From Isurus oxyrinchus (Eukaryota): 64,000 nucleotides of DNA. Location of the stretch: contig JANJGN010000041.1 of the NCBI GenBank assembly GCA_026770705.1, positions 2,852,001 to 2,916,000 on the forward strand, read 5' to 3'. A program made the translations under genes and the position numbers. A model generated the notes under the pieces. It had not been told where the DNA came from, did not search any database, and worked only from the letters and a program-made list of their open reading frames with translations. The stretch's first letter is position 1, and every line of letters starts with the position of its first letter. Of this stretch, positions 1 to 11,828 are shown piece after piece.

Positions 1-1
1 C

Positions 2-874
2 CTATTCACGATTGTGATATTGAGGCGCCAGAGGTGCGGTCTCTCCAATTGTGTTACCCGTTACCTGGTGGCCATGGCAGTGGCTGATCTACTGGTCATT
101 ATCCTCGACCTGATACTGAGGCATATTCCAATTGTGTTTGATAAGTATTTTATTTTCCTGCAATCAGTCCCAGTGTGTAATATCCACGCCGTCCTGCTCT
201 ATGCAGCCACTGACTGTTCTGTGTGGTTCACCGTCACTTTTACCTTGGATCGATTTGTGGCCATTTGTTGCCCGAAACTGAAAACTAAATATTGCAATGA
301 AAAAACGGCAGCTGTGATTCTGGGAACCGTGATTGCACTGAGCTGTTCAAAGAACATTTTCTGGTATTTTTTGCTCACAGGTCAGTACTGGCTGGTAAAC
401 TTCCCCTGGTTTTGTGGTCACACAAAAGAGGTTCTGTTCTCTCCTGTCTGGGTGACAATCGAGTTCACCCATCACATTCTAACACCTTGTGTCCCATTTG
501 TACTGATCCTGCTCATCAATATTTTGACAGTCGAGTATATTTTAGTGACCAGCATGACCCGCAGGAGACTTCGGTCTCATAGGAGAGGGGAGAGCCCCAG
601 AGACCCAGAGATGGACAATCGAAAGAAATCGATCATGTTACTGTTTTATATTTCAGCCAATTTCATTGTTTTATGGGCAATGTTAATGTTTTATTCCATA
701 TGGACCCGAATGCATGATTTTGGCTTTAATTCACTGTATCTAGATTTTTTTGTTCTGGAATTGGGTTTCATGCTGCAGCTCCTGAGTTGCTGCACAAACA
801 CTTGGATTTATGCTGTGACACAGACTAAGTTCAGGGAGCAGTTTTGGAAAATGTTGAAATATCCCTTCAATTAA
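2..874 (+). CDS. Class A GPCR, GPR139/GPR142-like; large terminal coding exon (5' part lies outside the window)
   Basis: The frame is open from base 2 (LFTIVILRRQRCGLSNCVTRYLVAMAVADLLV...) to TAA at 872-874. It shows TM2 AVADLL, TM3 DRF, TM4 W, TM5 P, TM6 FxxLW and TM7 SCCTNTWIY. The ORF-track start at 14 is an internal GTG. The frame begins mid-TM1 at the same position as the paralog's exon 2. Confidence 0.9.
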   Translation, partial: LFTIVILRRQRCGLSNCVTRYLVAMAVADLLVIILDLILRHIPIVFDKYFIFLQSVPVCNIHAVLLYAATDCSVWFTVTFTLDRFVAICCPKLKTKYCNEKTAAVILGTVIALSCSKNIFWYFLLTGQYWLVNFPWFCGHTKEVLFSPVWVTIEFTHHILTPCVPFVLILLINILTVEYILVTSMTRRRLRSHRRGESPRDPEMDNRKKSIMLLFYISANFIVLWAMLMFYSIWTRMHDFGFNSLYLDFFVLELGFMLQLLSCCTNTWIYAVTQTKFREQFWKMLKYPFN

Positions 875-1384
875 ATTTTTAATTAGTTCAATGATTGGAA
901 GAGCTGAATCTCTGACATTTCTAGGACATAATTTCACAATTCCAGCACTGCATAACGGTCTGTCACTGGGTGGAATGAATCAATGCAAACTTCCATAATT
1001 TTAACATTGAACTTAACGTTTTCAGTGGATAGGGGTGGAAACTGGGGTGGGGCTGTTGGGGTGGAGGGAGTGCTTTAAGTTGGAATTGAGAAGTCGTAAA
1101 TTACTAGGAGTTTCCTGAATTCTCTCAATGAATTTAACATTTCCAGCTGGCACGGAGGAATGGGGGTAGGATGGGGGTGTCTTGTGCATTCAATGGGTCC
1201 GTTTCAATGGAACCGAATCACTCAAAGCTTCCAATATTTTCTCCTTTCATTGCTCAATTTGAATTGAGGAAAATTCATCTCATTGGGAGAACAAATACAC
1301 CACGGTTTTCCAGAATTAAAGCATTTTCTCTTATTTATAGCTGTGGGGGTGGAGTGGTGGAGGGAGGGGGCGAGGGGAGGCCGT

Positions 1385-1720
1385 GAATGTTACCTCACTG
1401 ACCAACTACTCCCATCCAATTGGCCGATTGTAAAGCCTATCGTCCCCTCCGCCACACAGGAACGGAAGGTAATAAAGCTCAAGCCATTTGCACACTTCCA
1501 TTGCCCACAAGACATGTCCATTATCCTTCTCTCTCGTACTGATTGAACAGAAAACTAAGCCACTGATAGCCTACTTCCAAAATCGCCGATGCAACTGTCC
1601 ACTGCTTCTCAGTGATTGGACAGGAATCCTCCATCCAACACGTGATTGGAAGCCGAAATGGAATGCCGGAGTGGAACGTGGTGAGGTCTTGTCAGAGGAG
1701 GAGTGGTCGCAGCATACAAT
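1385..1720. promoter_or_regulatory. Promoter-like cluster of CCAAT/ATTGG and GGAA motifs
   Basis: CCAAT near 1416, two GTGATTGGA copies 30 bp apart (about 1612 and 1642), CACGTG near 1639, CGGAAG near 1463. Motif inspection only. Confidence 0.3.
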
Positions 1721-1924
1721 TCAAGTAACCAACAACGGCAGTAAGAACACAAACTGAAAGTGAGGTATCAGCAGAAATTAGTGCATGGCAGCAGCCCAGC
1801 GCACACTGAATTCTATTGTTTATAAAGGAAGTGGGTATCAATTCATCTGCAGAAAGAGGGCGGCGTTGTAATGGATTTGGTGTGTGTGTGCGGGTCAAGA
1901 CGGCACAACTGGACCTCGATCTCC

Positions 1925-2270
1925 CTAAAAGAGATGCAGATTGACATACAAAAAGAAAGAGCGAGAGAGAGGCATGTTGCTTAACAGACAGAAAGACACA
2001 GAGACTTTAAAAAAGAGATAGAAAGAATTTGAGTGGTGTGGGGGGGAGAGAAAGAGGCTGATAGAGAGAGAGGTGGAGGCAGAGTGAGAGATGAACGTAC
2101 TGGGATGTAGAGGGACAGAAAAACAGAGAGCGGGAAAGAGATAAAGGGAGAAATAGAGGCTGGAAGAGAACAACAGTGAGAAAGGGTGAGACGAACAATA
2201 AGACATTGAGAGAGGAAGACATTGAGTAACGGGAGGGGAGGTGAAAAAGAGGTAAGAGAGGGATTGGGTT
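1925..2270. repeat. GA-rich low-complexity tract
   Basis: Degenerate (GA)n/(GAAA)n purine run. It produces the spurious Ser/Leu/Phe-rich minus-strand ORFs. Confidence 0.8.
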
Positions 2271-2321
2271 AGTCACATCGTGGATGATATTTGGGAATTA
2301 AGCAGGGGGACATGGAAATTG

Positions 2322-2797
2322 CAGCTGAATGTATTTTAAATAGGGTGAAATCCCACTAACTTAGCACCAATCTGCTGAATGTATTTTAGCCAGTACGCAC
2401 TTATCAACACCGTGCTGAATCTATTTTAACAAACAATAAATCCCACTCACATATTATGACCCTGCTGAACGTATTTTAACCAGCACTAAATCCCATTAAC
2501 TTATCAATGATCTGCTGAATGTATTTTAACCAGCATTAAATCCATTAACTTGTCAACAATCTGTTGAATGTATGTTAGTCAGCAATAAATCCCACTCACA
2601 CATTACCACTCTGTTCCTTGTATTTTAACCAGCTCCAAATACCCTTCACTTATCACCACTTTGCTGAATGCATTTTATCCAGCACGAAACACCATTCACT
2701 TATGAACACTCTGCTGTATATGTGTTAGCCAACACTAAATCCACTCAATTATCAACACCCTGCTGAATGTATTCTAAAAGGCACAAAATCACATTCC
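2322..2797. repeat. Minisatellite, ~50 bp unit, ~10 copies
   Basis: A GCTGAATGTATTTTAACCAGCAxTAAATCCCAxTxACTTATCA-like unit recurs at 2324, 2374, 2414 (10-bp deletion), 2464, 2514, 2563, 2613, 2663, 2713 and 2762. Confidence 0.9.
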
Positions 2798-3399
2798 TGG
2801 TCGGGGAATCTTATACATTCGTATGTGTTAAAATTAGAGAATTAGCTTACTATTGATATCCTGAATATATATGTCAACTTATGGTGATGACTTAAAATTA
2901 CTGCACAAACATGTTAATTTATGCAGTGAGTCACTCCAAAATCAGACAGCAGTTAAAGTCTGTGGTGACGCATCCATTCCGAACATCATTCAGAGAATGA
3001 GCCAATCCGGGAGCACCACTGCTGTCTGACAGGCAGCACAGCCAATCTGGAGCTTCTCCCAGGGACTCACACAACCACTACCCAAAACCACCATCTCCAC
3101 AGCCACTCAACTAATTCACACACGCCGTTATTAAAAGCCACCTCATCCAATTGGTATGATTGACCAGGTGAATCACGATTCACTGAGCCTATTTGGTATT
3201 TTGTTGACATTCGCGTGACAAAATCCTCGAAATCCGCCTGGTGAATGACACCTTACGTGAACCAAACAGGGAGCATCATTATGTGGCTAAAAAACGCAAC
3301 AGCCAATCTGGGACTTCATTTGGTAACTCAGGGCCTTCTTCCCCAATCAGGCAGCTGCTTTTGGTGCTTTACGGTCGGGACAGTTGGTCAGCAAGTTTT

Positions 3400-6000
3400 A
3401 GATAGAGGCTAACATACTTACGGCACTCCTGGCTGCCTGGATGACCATATATGCAGAATGTGGCATCTGTTTAACGCGCTTGAGAACCGGGTTTTGGAGC
3501 TCAACCATCGGCTGGATGCAGTGGTGCACTCCGGTGCGCGAGACTCATATAGACAGCATGTTTCTTTTTTTTCACACAGTCACCGCACAGCTTAAGGAAG
3601 TGCAGTCAGACAAGGAATGGGTTACCCAAGTCAGAGGAAGGGGTGCTAGCAGTTAGTCAGGAAAGCCACCGAGTGTGTCTCATTTAAAAACAGTTTCTTT
3701 CTCTGTGTTGGAAAATGGTGACCGTGTTTATTCCCATTGAGAATGCAGCCAGAGCCCAGCTACACAAGCTGGGAGTGGAGAAAGTGAGGGAGAACAATCG
3801 TGTCGGAGACCCCAAATTGTGGGTGAGTCAGGCGTATCAGCGGCCAAAGGCATAACTCCAGAATGGTGTGTTGCATCCCTGGAGCCAGGGTCAAGACTGT
3901 CATTTTACTGCTCCAAGGAATTCTGAATGGGGAGGGCGAGCAGCCAAATGACATGGTTCACATTCGTCCTAAATGACTTATGCACAAAGCGGGATGAGGA
4001 CCAAGAATTTCGGGAGCAAGGTAGCAGCTTGAAAAGCAGGGCATCAAAGATTCTAATTTCTGGATTAATTCCGATGCCACGTCCGACTGTGAAGAAAAAT
4101 AGGTGGATAGATTAAATTCATGTGTGGCTGATGATGTGGTGCAGGAGGACTACTGAAAGTTTTTCGGTCATTGGGTGTGTTTCTTGTAGAGGTGGGAGGT
4201 GAGGAAGTCCAAGATATTTTACCTCAACCGGAAATGCATCAAAATTATTTATTGGTAGGGCTGGGGTTGGGGGTGGTGACGTGGTGCGGGCGCTGGAGAG
4301 TGGAGGTTTGCTGGTGCTGTTGTTGCGGGTTTAAACAAATTTGGCAATGCGATAGGATATGTAATGGATGTTACGTAGGATGTGATTTATAGGCAAGTTT
4401 AGAAGAAAAACTACGTCAGCCAGGAAGACAGCGATTATATAGTCAAGTTAAGGCACAAAGGAGAATGGCAGGGATGGATGGCACTTATTTTCATCCAAAG
4501 AGTCATGTGAGTCGGGCAGAATAATTGACAGTGTTGATTAACACAGAGATCTGGTGATGGAAAGGGCAGGGCTGGCAGCTCAAAATTCTGTTTATGGAAT
4601 CCGCAGTCGAGACGAGGCTGCCGTTGGGGGGAGGGCGGTCGGAATAGAGGAGTTGGTTCACAACATTAATCAATGAGTCAATTGCTGCAAAGAGGAAAGA
4701 TGATACCTTAGTGAGTTCCTCAGATGAGGCCGTATGGTTTGAGCTGAAATTCAAAAAGGGGCCAATCAATTTGCCACACCGAAACAGCCAGATTGATAGA
4801 AAGGCTGACATGTAGCCAAAATCAGAGAAGTGGAATAATAACAGGGTAAAAATAGTAGCTTTCCACTTTCCCCTATCTACGAGGATATACAAAGTGGTGA
4901 TGGCTTAGAGGGGACAGAATTTTCAAAATGTACCGAGGGGAGATTTTTAATGTGAAGAATATGAATCCCACAAGGAAGGCAGTAGGGCTGGACTTAGCAT
5001 TTGGGAACAAAACTGGGCTATTGGTAGAAGTTTGAAATGGGGAGAATTTCTCTGATTTTGTCCATAATTCAGTAAGTGTTAAGGTAGTTATTGGGAAGGA
5101 TAAAATGCACCTGATATAAAGCTGCTGAATTGGGAAAGCATGTTTTTAATAATTTAGTATACGATCCTGTCAAAGTGAACTGGAAGCATCCATCTGTCCA
5201 AAAACCTGCATCAGAGCAGAGGGAGTTTTGCAAAAAATGAAATATTGAGTGCTGGGGCAAACATTTCCAGAGAGCCCTGGATTTCGAGGAATGCACTGGA
5301 TTGAATGAGGGAAAACAGGAAGCTCCTCGAGGAAGCTGATGGCTCAAAAAAGCATGAGTCCTTCAAAATATGTAAATTGCGTATAGTTACTTAAATAAGG
5401 AAAGTAGGAGATCGAAGAGGGAGCATTGGAAAACACTGGCAGGTAAAATAAAGTAAAGCAAAAAGGTTTTTCGTAAGTATTTTACGGTCAGAGGATCACC
5501 AGAGAAAGAGCAGCTCGCATTTGGGACAAAATTAGTGTGTGGATTTATGAGATTTCGATGTTATTTCAAAAGGGCACCTTGCATCTTTATTTAGTGTAGA
5601 GAAGAGCGATGTAGGTATAGAAATCTGCGACGGGGACTGTGATGCACTTGAACAATTTAGGATTGAGAGGGAGGAGATATTAGATGTTTTATCTGACTTT
5701 GAAGTAGATAACTCGCCAAACCTAGATGCGATGATTTCCAGGCTGCTCTGCAAGGCAAGGAAGGAGATTGAAGTGTCCCTGGCATTAATTTCAAAATCCA
5801 GCCTCGTCACAGGAGAATCTCAGTTGACTTAAGGTCAGCGAATGTATTATCATTATTCAAATTAGGTGCCAAAAATCCAGGCAGCATTAAATTAGAGGAT
5901 CTAAAATCAGTGGTAGGGAAACTTTCGGAAAAAAAAATATCTGGGAGAGGACTGACCTCTGCTTGGAGAGGCAGGGATTAATCAGCGATAGTCAGCATTA
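3400..6000 (+). mobile_element. Degraded CR1 LINE (ORF1 esterase region, ORF2 endonuclease and start of RT)
   Basis: Near 3860 it reads RMVCCIPGARVKTV..LQGILNGEGEQP..MVHI, a CR1 ORF1 SGNH-like motif. Near 5700 it reads VDNSPNLDAMISRLLCKARKEI, matching the CR1 ORF2 DKSPGPD..PRLL.E..EEI motif. Many stops and frameshifts. Confidence 0.8.
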
Positions 6001-6419
6001 TTAATCTGGATTGCCATTGACCTTTCCCGCAGTTAGTCAAAACATTCTGGTTCTTTTAATCTGTGCAGGGTCTCTTGCGAAATTTTGATCCAGTTGGTAC
6101 ACTTAATTTCCAGGTATGTGGTCCAGCAGTGCCTCATTTCTCCTGGAACTGGAAACGCACTGCAGTAGAAATGTTTCCTGAGCACAGTTTAGGAACTGCT
6201 ATTATCAGTATCTACATTCGACTAATTGAACTCCCTCGTTCTAAGTATTCTACAATGCTTGCACTTCACTGTAATTTCCTTGCCAATTCGAGATTGTGCC
6301 CTTGCCACTTTGGTCTATACTATTTCTCCTGCACTGCAACATCATACAAGTCTCGACGATGCCACCGGAAGTCACCTAATAAGAATTTGCAACATCGCAA
6401 CAGCTAAATGAATGAAGCC

Positions 6420-9400
6420 AAAATCTAAAAAATGGCTGGAATAAGTCCCCAGATTCCCATGGTGTGACCTGAGATAACATGTCAACATTGCTGATGGAGT
6501 TAGTGGTAGTTTTACAAAATGAAAACAGAAACCCCAAGAGGATTTTGCTAAATTATGAAGCTTCCTTTGAGACGTGGAGGCCTAAGGTCTGCACCACAAG
6601 AAGTGGAAGTCCATTGCCTGGCTGCCCAAAAGTGCAGAATCGATGAACATGCGCTGATCTCAAAAAACTGAATGTAATGCACAAACAAACAGAAGAAAAG
6701 AGAACGGATGATAGATGTATCCATTTTAGGGGAAATCCACTTTTTTTTTTAGAAGAAGCACCTGAGTAAGGCAGAGGCCATACACCTGGCCAAATCAATA
6801 CAGATTGAGCAAAATACAAAATGAAGCTGGAGGTAAGTATTAAAATAGGCAGGACTCTCAGGACTTAGCACATCAAGGCGGCAGCTGGAGGAAAGCTGCA
6901 GCAAAAACTGGCAGTATTCCATCCGGAGGCCCAGCTGAAGTGAACGTAAGTTTTATTTACACAATTAATGCAATTAATTTAAACGACATGCTGAGTAGAG
7001 AAGAACCTGAAGCATTTAATAAAAAAAATGCTCCTTTCATTTGAACCCTGGGTTCTTGCTTTAAGAAAAATGAAAGCTGGGTTAACAGGCCGAACCTTTT
7101 GAATAAAATGGGATGGCCACAGTGCAATACTGCCGAATATTAAAAAAAAAGTGTGGAAATTCACAGCAGGGTTATTGACAGCTGCAGAGCCATCCTGAAG
7201 TGGATAAAAATGGATGTGGCACAGACAGCCATAAATGCGCAATGGCATTTAAAAAGATTAACTCAGGAAAAGAAAAATAAATTGCCTTGGATACGAAATT
7301 CCATCACAGCCACATTTTTGCTTCTGCAAGGGCTGAAGGGATAGTTTTCTTTATTTAAATTATTGGATGATTCAAGTTAAAGCACAATCTCTGGAGTCGT
7401 TCAGGCCAGCACCAACTTTACCCTCATTTACTGAATTGCATGACCGGTAATCCCAAGCTAGTACATTGATAATTCCTCAGCCACCTTCAATGACAAAATA
7501 AATGCCTTTCATGAATCTTTGAAACATCAAGTTGAGGACTCTGTAGAGCCTTACAAGATGCATACAAATCCTGTAGCAAATTAACAATCGGCGAAATTAC
7601 GTCCTTGAACACGTTATATGAAGCAACATAAAGGTCCAGAACTTCCTGGAAATCCCTGGAACCTGTTTTTATGGGGGGCCTGTGAGATGATTGCTAATTA
7701 CTTTCCCTATAAAATACCGATAATTGCTTCCAGCATTGTGCAAGCAGCTGGTAGTGAGCAGCAGGGAAATTAATAAAACTAGCGACTTGTCACGTGAAGG
7801 AGAAAAAGCATTAAATAAAAAGCAATCGCTTGTTTCAAAGCTGAACAGGATGAATTGAAGTGTGAGATTCAGGCTGGATATGTAGATTTGAAAATGCATC
7901 GCAAAACGCAGTCTTCAAAGAGCCAGAATTTTCGAGGCCTGAACAAACAGAAGTTAGAGATAAAACAAATGGGGCAGGGTGGGAATTAGCACCTTCAAAT
8001 GCACAGTTGGCAAATCAAACCGTGAGTTAGAAAATCTGATCCACATGTACAGCCAAGCAAAACAATAGGGAATAAAAAGATTCAAATAAGCAGGAAAATT
8101 GAAAGGCTCTCTGCAGAATGAACCTATATAGGTCAAAAAATCATCAAAAAACAAGATGTTGAATATTATTTGAGAATAAAGCTGCATTGGAACTATCAGC
8201 AGTATCAAAGGAACAGACTGAAGCTCAGGGTGAGTTGGTGTTAGTTGGCCAAGGAATTAATTAGTCGGAAAACAGCTGATTGTTCTGCTTCTTCAAAAAG
8301 CACAATTAAGTACATTATTCTTCAGCAGCATGAATACATTAAAATCTCTCCTACACAGCAGAACGGAAGAAGAGCACAGTAAAATCGAGGAGAACTTGCT
8401 GAATAAAAGGAAAGTGAAGATGAAGCAATTGAAGCTTCACAGCGCGAAAGAAAGCCTGGAGAAAAAAAATTAACACATTACAGATGTCCCTGAGGCCAAA
8501 TCATTTTCCTATGCAAAATGATGAAGAGTAGCAGCTTAAATTTCATCTGACTCTGAACAAAATGAAAACGCAATTTGCAGGGAAGACTACAGAATTTTGA
8601 AAATTATAGGAATAAGCCTAATCTGCCAGAAAAAAAGGACAGAAGAGCTGAAGAAACAGCTGACATTGAAAGGAAAAGTTAAAGCCCTTTCCAAAAATGC
8701 AAGCAGGTGATGAAGTTATGAACAAAACATTTGGAGAACTGTAGGAATTTACCTGCCAACGGAGACAGGCCTGGCCAACAGTGAAACCCACATGAAGGAC
8801 AAAGAGAAATCACTGCTGCAGGCAGAGGACGGAGGGGGGCACTGGCAAACTGGCAGGGTCACTGCATTGGAAGCCCAGAGACCCAGGCTACTGCCCTGGA
8901 AGCATGGGCGCCACATCCACCACGGCGGCTGGAAGAATTAGAATTCAGCTCTTAAACCTGTAATTGCAAGCTAGCCCCAGTGATGGGCACCATGAAACTA
9001 TCATCGATTATCATCAAATCCCATCACTTTACCAATGTACGTTAATTGAATGTCTGCCTTGCTGAACTGTTTTGACCGAAAAGTGGCTCCAGGAACCCAG
9101 CAATGCAGCCGGCTATAAACTGCGCTCAGCAGTCACCTAGTGAGTTCAGTTCAAAAGCAAAATCTATGGTCAAACAAATGCCGGTTTTCCAGCTACGCCC
9201 AGAACCTGTGGAAGAATAAGGAAGAAGAAAGATTGAAAAAAGATTGTAATTTGCGAATCTGATACTGAAGCTCAAGAGACAAAAATGCAAAATCACTGGA
9301 TTCCTCAAACGGACTGAGGGTTGTTGAAAAGTGACCTGGCTGAAATGGAGATCAAGAAGCGGGAACATCATAGAAATGGTGAGCAATTCCAAGGAGAAGT

Positions 9401-10270
9401 CAAAGTTCTCACAGAATAGCGGGAGGATTTTCATCTACAAAAAGGCCAAGTAAACTTAAAGAATGTGAATGTGCAGCACGGCACTCATGAAAGCGACGCT
9501 GCTGAGCGAAAAATGGTCAGTGTAGAGAACTAACTTTCATGTACAGAGGTTCAGTTTGCTGATATGTTGGATCTTCAGCATGAAAATACCCCCAAAAAAT
9601 TAAGTCGCCATCCAATGTGAAGAAGATGGAGAATGAGATGTGTCATTTGGAAGAGGGAAGACAGACTCTGAAAACTCGAACAAGCAGTTTCAGGATTTAA
9701 TGACTGAACTGGGCGAATCAAAGGGGCAGTCAATGGGCATATAAAAAAAACCTGAAAGGAACTGACTGTACAGGTCAGCGTAACCCTGTATAAAGATTTC
9801 ACAGATAATTCCGAAGGAAAAGCAGCTCAACTTCCAGACCAATTGCTGACCTCAAGGAAAATGTTCAGATGTGTGCAAAAAGATTTGCAGATAAAAGAGC
9901 AATCACAACTTTGGCTGAAGTTGTGAAACAAATGGAAATTAATGTCCCATTTCTCAATCATCAACATCAAGCTCGATCATGGGGGACACAGTGGAAATAG
10001 AAAATCCCAGTCCACTCCAATATTGCTCGGAGTGCATATTCCCCTCATAAAGAATGGAACAAACACACCTTGCCCGAGCAGATAAAATGGGATGCTGATA
10101 ATCAAAAAGGGAACTCAAAGGAGCACAATAATCCAATCAAATGGAGAGAAACAAGTGTGAGAAATACGGAGCATCACAATCTAAAGCTTAAACTGAAAAC
10201 GTCAGCCCGAAGAAGCTTTTTAAACTATTCATCCACATGGAACACACAGGAATGTTAAAGAATGTTCAAA
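6420..10270 (+). pseudogene. Decayed coding-like relic of an unidentified long coiled-coil protein
   Basis: The + strand is A/G-rich with E/K/Q/L-rich broken frames, e.g. LLNKRKVKMKQLKLHSAKESLEKK (~8395), LLKSDLAEMEIKKREH...QFQGEVKVLTE (~9320) and IADLKENVQMCAK (~9842). It is interrupted by a SINE. The parent gene was not recognised. Confidence 0.4.
8833..9219 (+). mobile_element. tRNA-derived SINE of a common shark family, degraded
   Basis: It has a head with CCAGAGACCCAGGCTA...CCACCACGGCGGCTGG, a body with CATGAAACTATCATCGATT, and a 3' tail (CAAATGCCGG...GAATAA) resembling the 3' end of the LINE copies at 48600-48720. Family recognised from memory. Confidence 0.65.
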
Positions 10271-10389
10271 TATCAAGACAGCTGAATTCATGATGTATTA
10301 GCGTTGTCCAGGTCCGCGAGGTTGGGGGGTGGGGAGAGGGGGAGTGGGGGTGCTGTGGGGAGTAGTTGCGAGGTGGCGGTATTGTGTCA

Positions 10390-11420
10390 GAGAAATGTAG
10401 CAAACAAATGTTTTATTGGAAATAATTATAGTCAGATGGAAGGAAGGATGGTTGGTTTTAAAGGATGGTGCTATTGTCTCGAGTAGCAGCATGGCGATTG
10501 TAATGTAAAGGTTTTCAGGACAGTAAGGGTTAATTTCGCTTTGGGGAATAGTATCGCGAATGGTCTGATGCATAGGGTTACATGATTGTAGACGTAGAAG
10601 CCAAGTATGAAGCAACTAGTAAAGTGGCTGCACCCGTGTATGCGGAACATCGGATATGTATATCATTAAAGCTTAACAATGAATAGTTCATGTTTAATCA
10701 TTGCAAGTCGGGAGACCTCTCAGTGGGAGATCAAAGCAGCATTTTCAACAATCCCCAAATTAGGGCAGGAGGCAACACTGACCAATCAAACATTGCCAGG
10801 GCAGGTATAGCATATCGTTATATATATAGATTAATGCCCCATCTAAACGCTCCTAATTACAGAATACATGAACTTGTATTTCACGTGGTTTGATGCAGAC
10901 AAATTTCCCTCTAAAGACATCAAACACTCTAAGGGAAGGTACAACAGTAGATGAGGTATATAACCAATCTCCCTATTCACTATCCTCATTGTACCCATCT
11001 CAGCACCGATACACCAAAGATTTAGATACGGACAACTCTCTGTCTGCAATGTCCCCTTCGAGCATTCCAAAGGCTGTTATAACACTGGCTTAGATTGACA
11101 ACAGCGCATTCCCCAGTAAACCTTCCAATAGCTGGCTCAATCCGGGGGTTGAGGCATAAGACTGCGGGGAATAACCAGTCAGTACTATTAATGTGATATA
11201 TAAAGTGAGCTTTATTCAATGCAGGCATATCCCACTATACTTATAGTATTTCACAGTTGGTCAAATCATCTGCCAATGTTCTCGTAGATGTGTTTTCCTA
11301 TTTATGGCGTCCCTATTGCCGATAATCCCAAGCTGTTTTAGAGTAGCTTTTGTTTTCCATACACCTTGTAATTTCTCACTAACTTGCAGCCAAAGCAGCC
11401 TGGACTGCTGCCACTGTGCT
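10390..11420 (-). mobile_element. Possible second, more decayed F-like retroviral env relic
   Basis: The minus frame 10761-10570 reads NLGIVENAALISH*EVSRLAMIK...IHGCSHFTSCFILGFYVYNHVTLC. This parallels HVGVMWENYYVRQHDILP*AV...LEG(R)GFESTAFVCTHAIYEMEETKC in the env at 30.1-30.3 kb. By-eye similarity only. Confidence 0.3.
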
Positions 11421-11448
11421 GCGCATAATTGCTTGTTATTTCCGTTTC

Positions 11449-11672
11449 TCTTTTAGATGCTTCCGTTCACTGAATTTCTGAGAAGGAAAAAGAAACAAAA
11501 GCACTCTTCTTAGGTTCTGGTTTCTTACGTTAGGTGTTTCATGAATGTAATTGTCGTTAATCTTTTAGATGCTTCCGTTCACTGATTTTGTGAGAAGGAA
11601 GATGAAACATAAGCACTTCTCTTAATTTCCGTGTTGTTACGTCTGGTGTGTCGTGAATGGAGATAGCAAAAT
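11449..11672. repeat. Tandem duplication of a 112-bp unit
   Basis: TCTTTTAGATGCTTCCGTTCACTGA...GAGAAGGAA...GAAACA.AAGCACT starts at both 11449 and 11561. Confidence 0.85.
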
Positions 11673-11704
11673 GAGTAATAAAGAGTCTATGTGGATAGCT
11701 AGTC

Positions 11705-11828
11705 TGCGCGTGTCTGTGTGTCTCTTTGTGTGTTTTGTACATGCGTGTTTCTGTGTGTTTATGTTTCTGTGTGTGTATGTATGCATGTGTCTGTGAGTGT
11801 GTGTGTATGTGGGTGTGTGTGTGCGTGC
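11705..11828. repeat. Degenerate (TG)n microsatellite
   Basis: Interrupted TG dinucleotide run. Confidence 0.85.

Noticed and set aside
860-900. Pseudogenisation of GPCR 1 by an early stop (KYPFN*)
   Set aside because: All TM segments present in the window and helix 8 are intact, and the paralog ends only two residues later (QYLVKLG*). There is no real evidence of inactivation.
2322-2797. CRISPR-like array
   Set aside because: The units are homologous over their full length with no unique spacers, there are no cas genes, and the context is a vertebrate genome.
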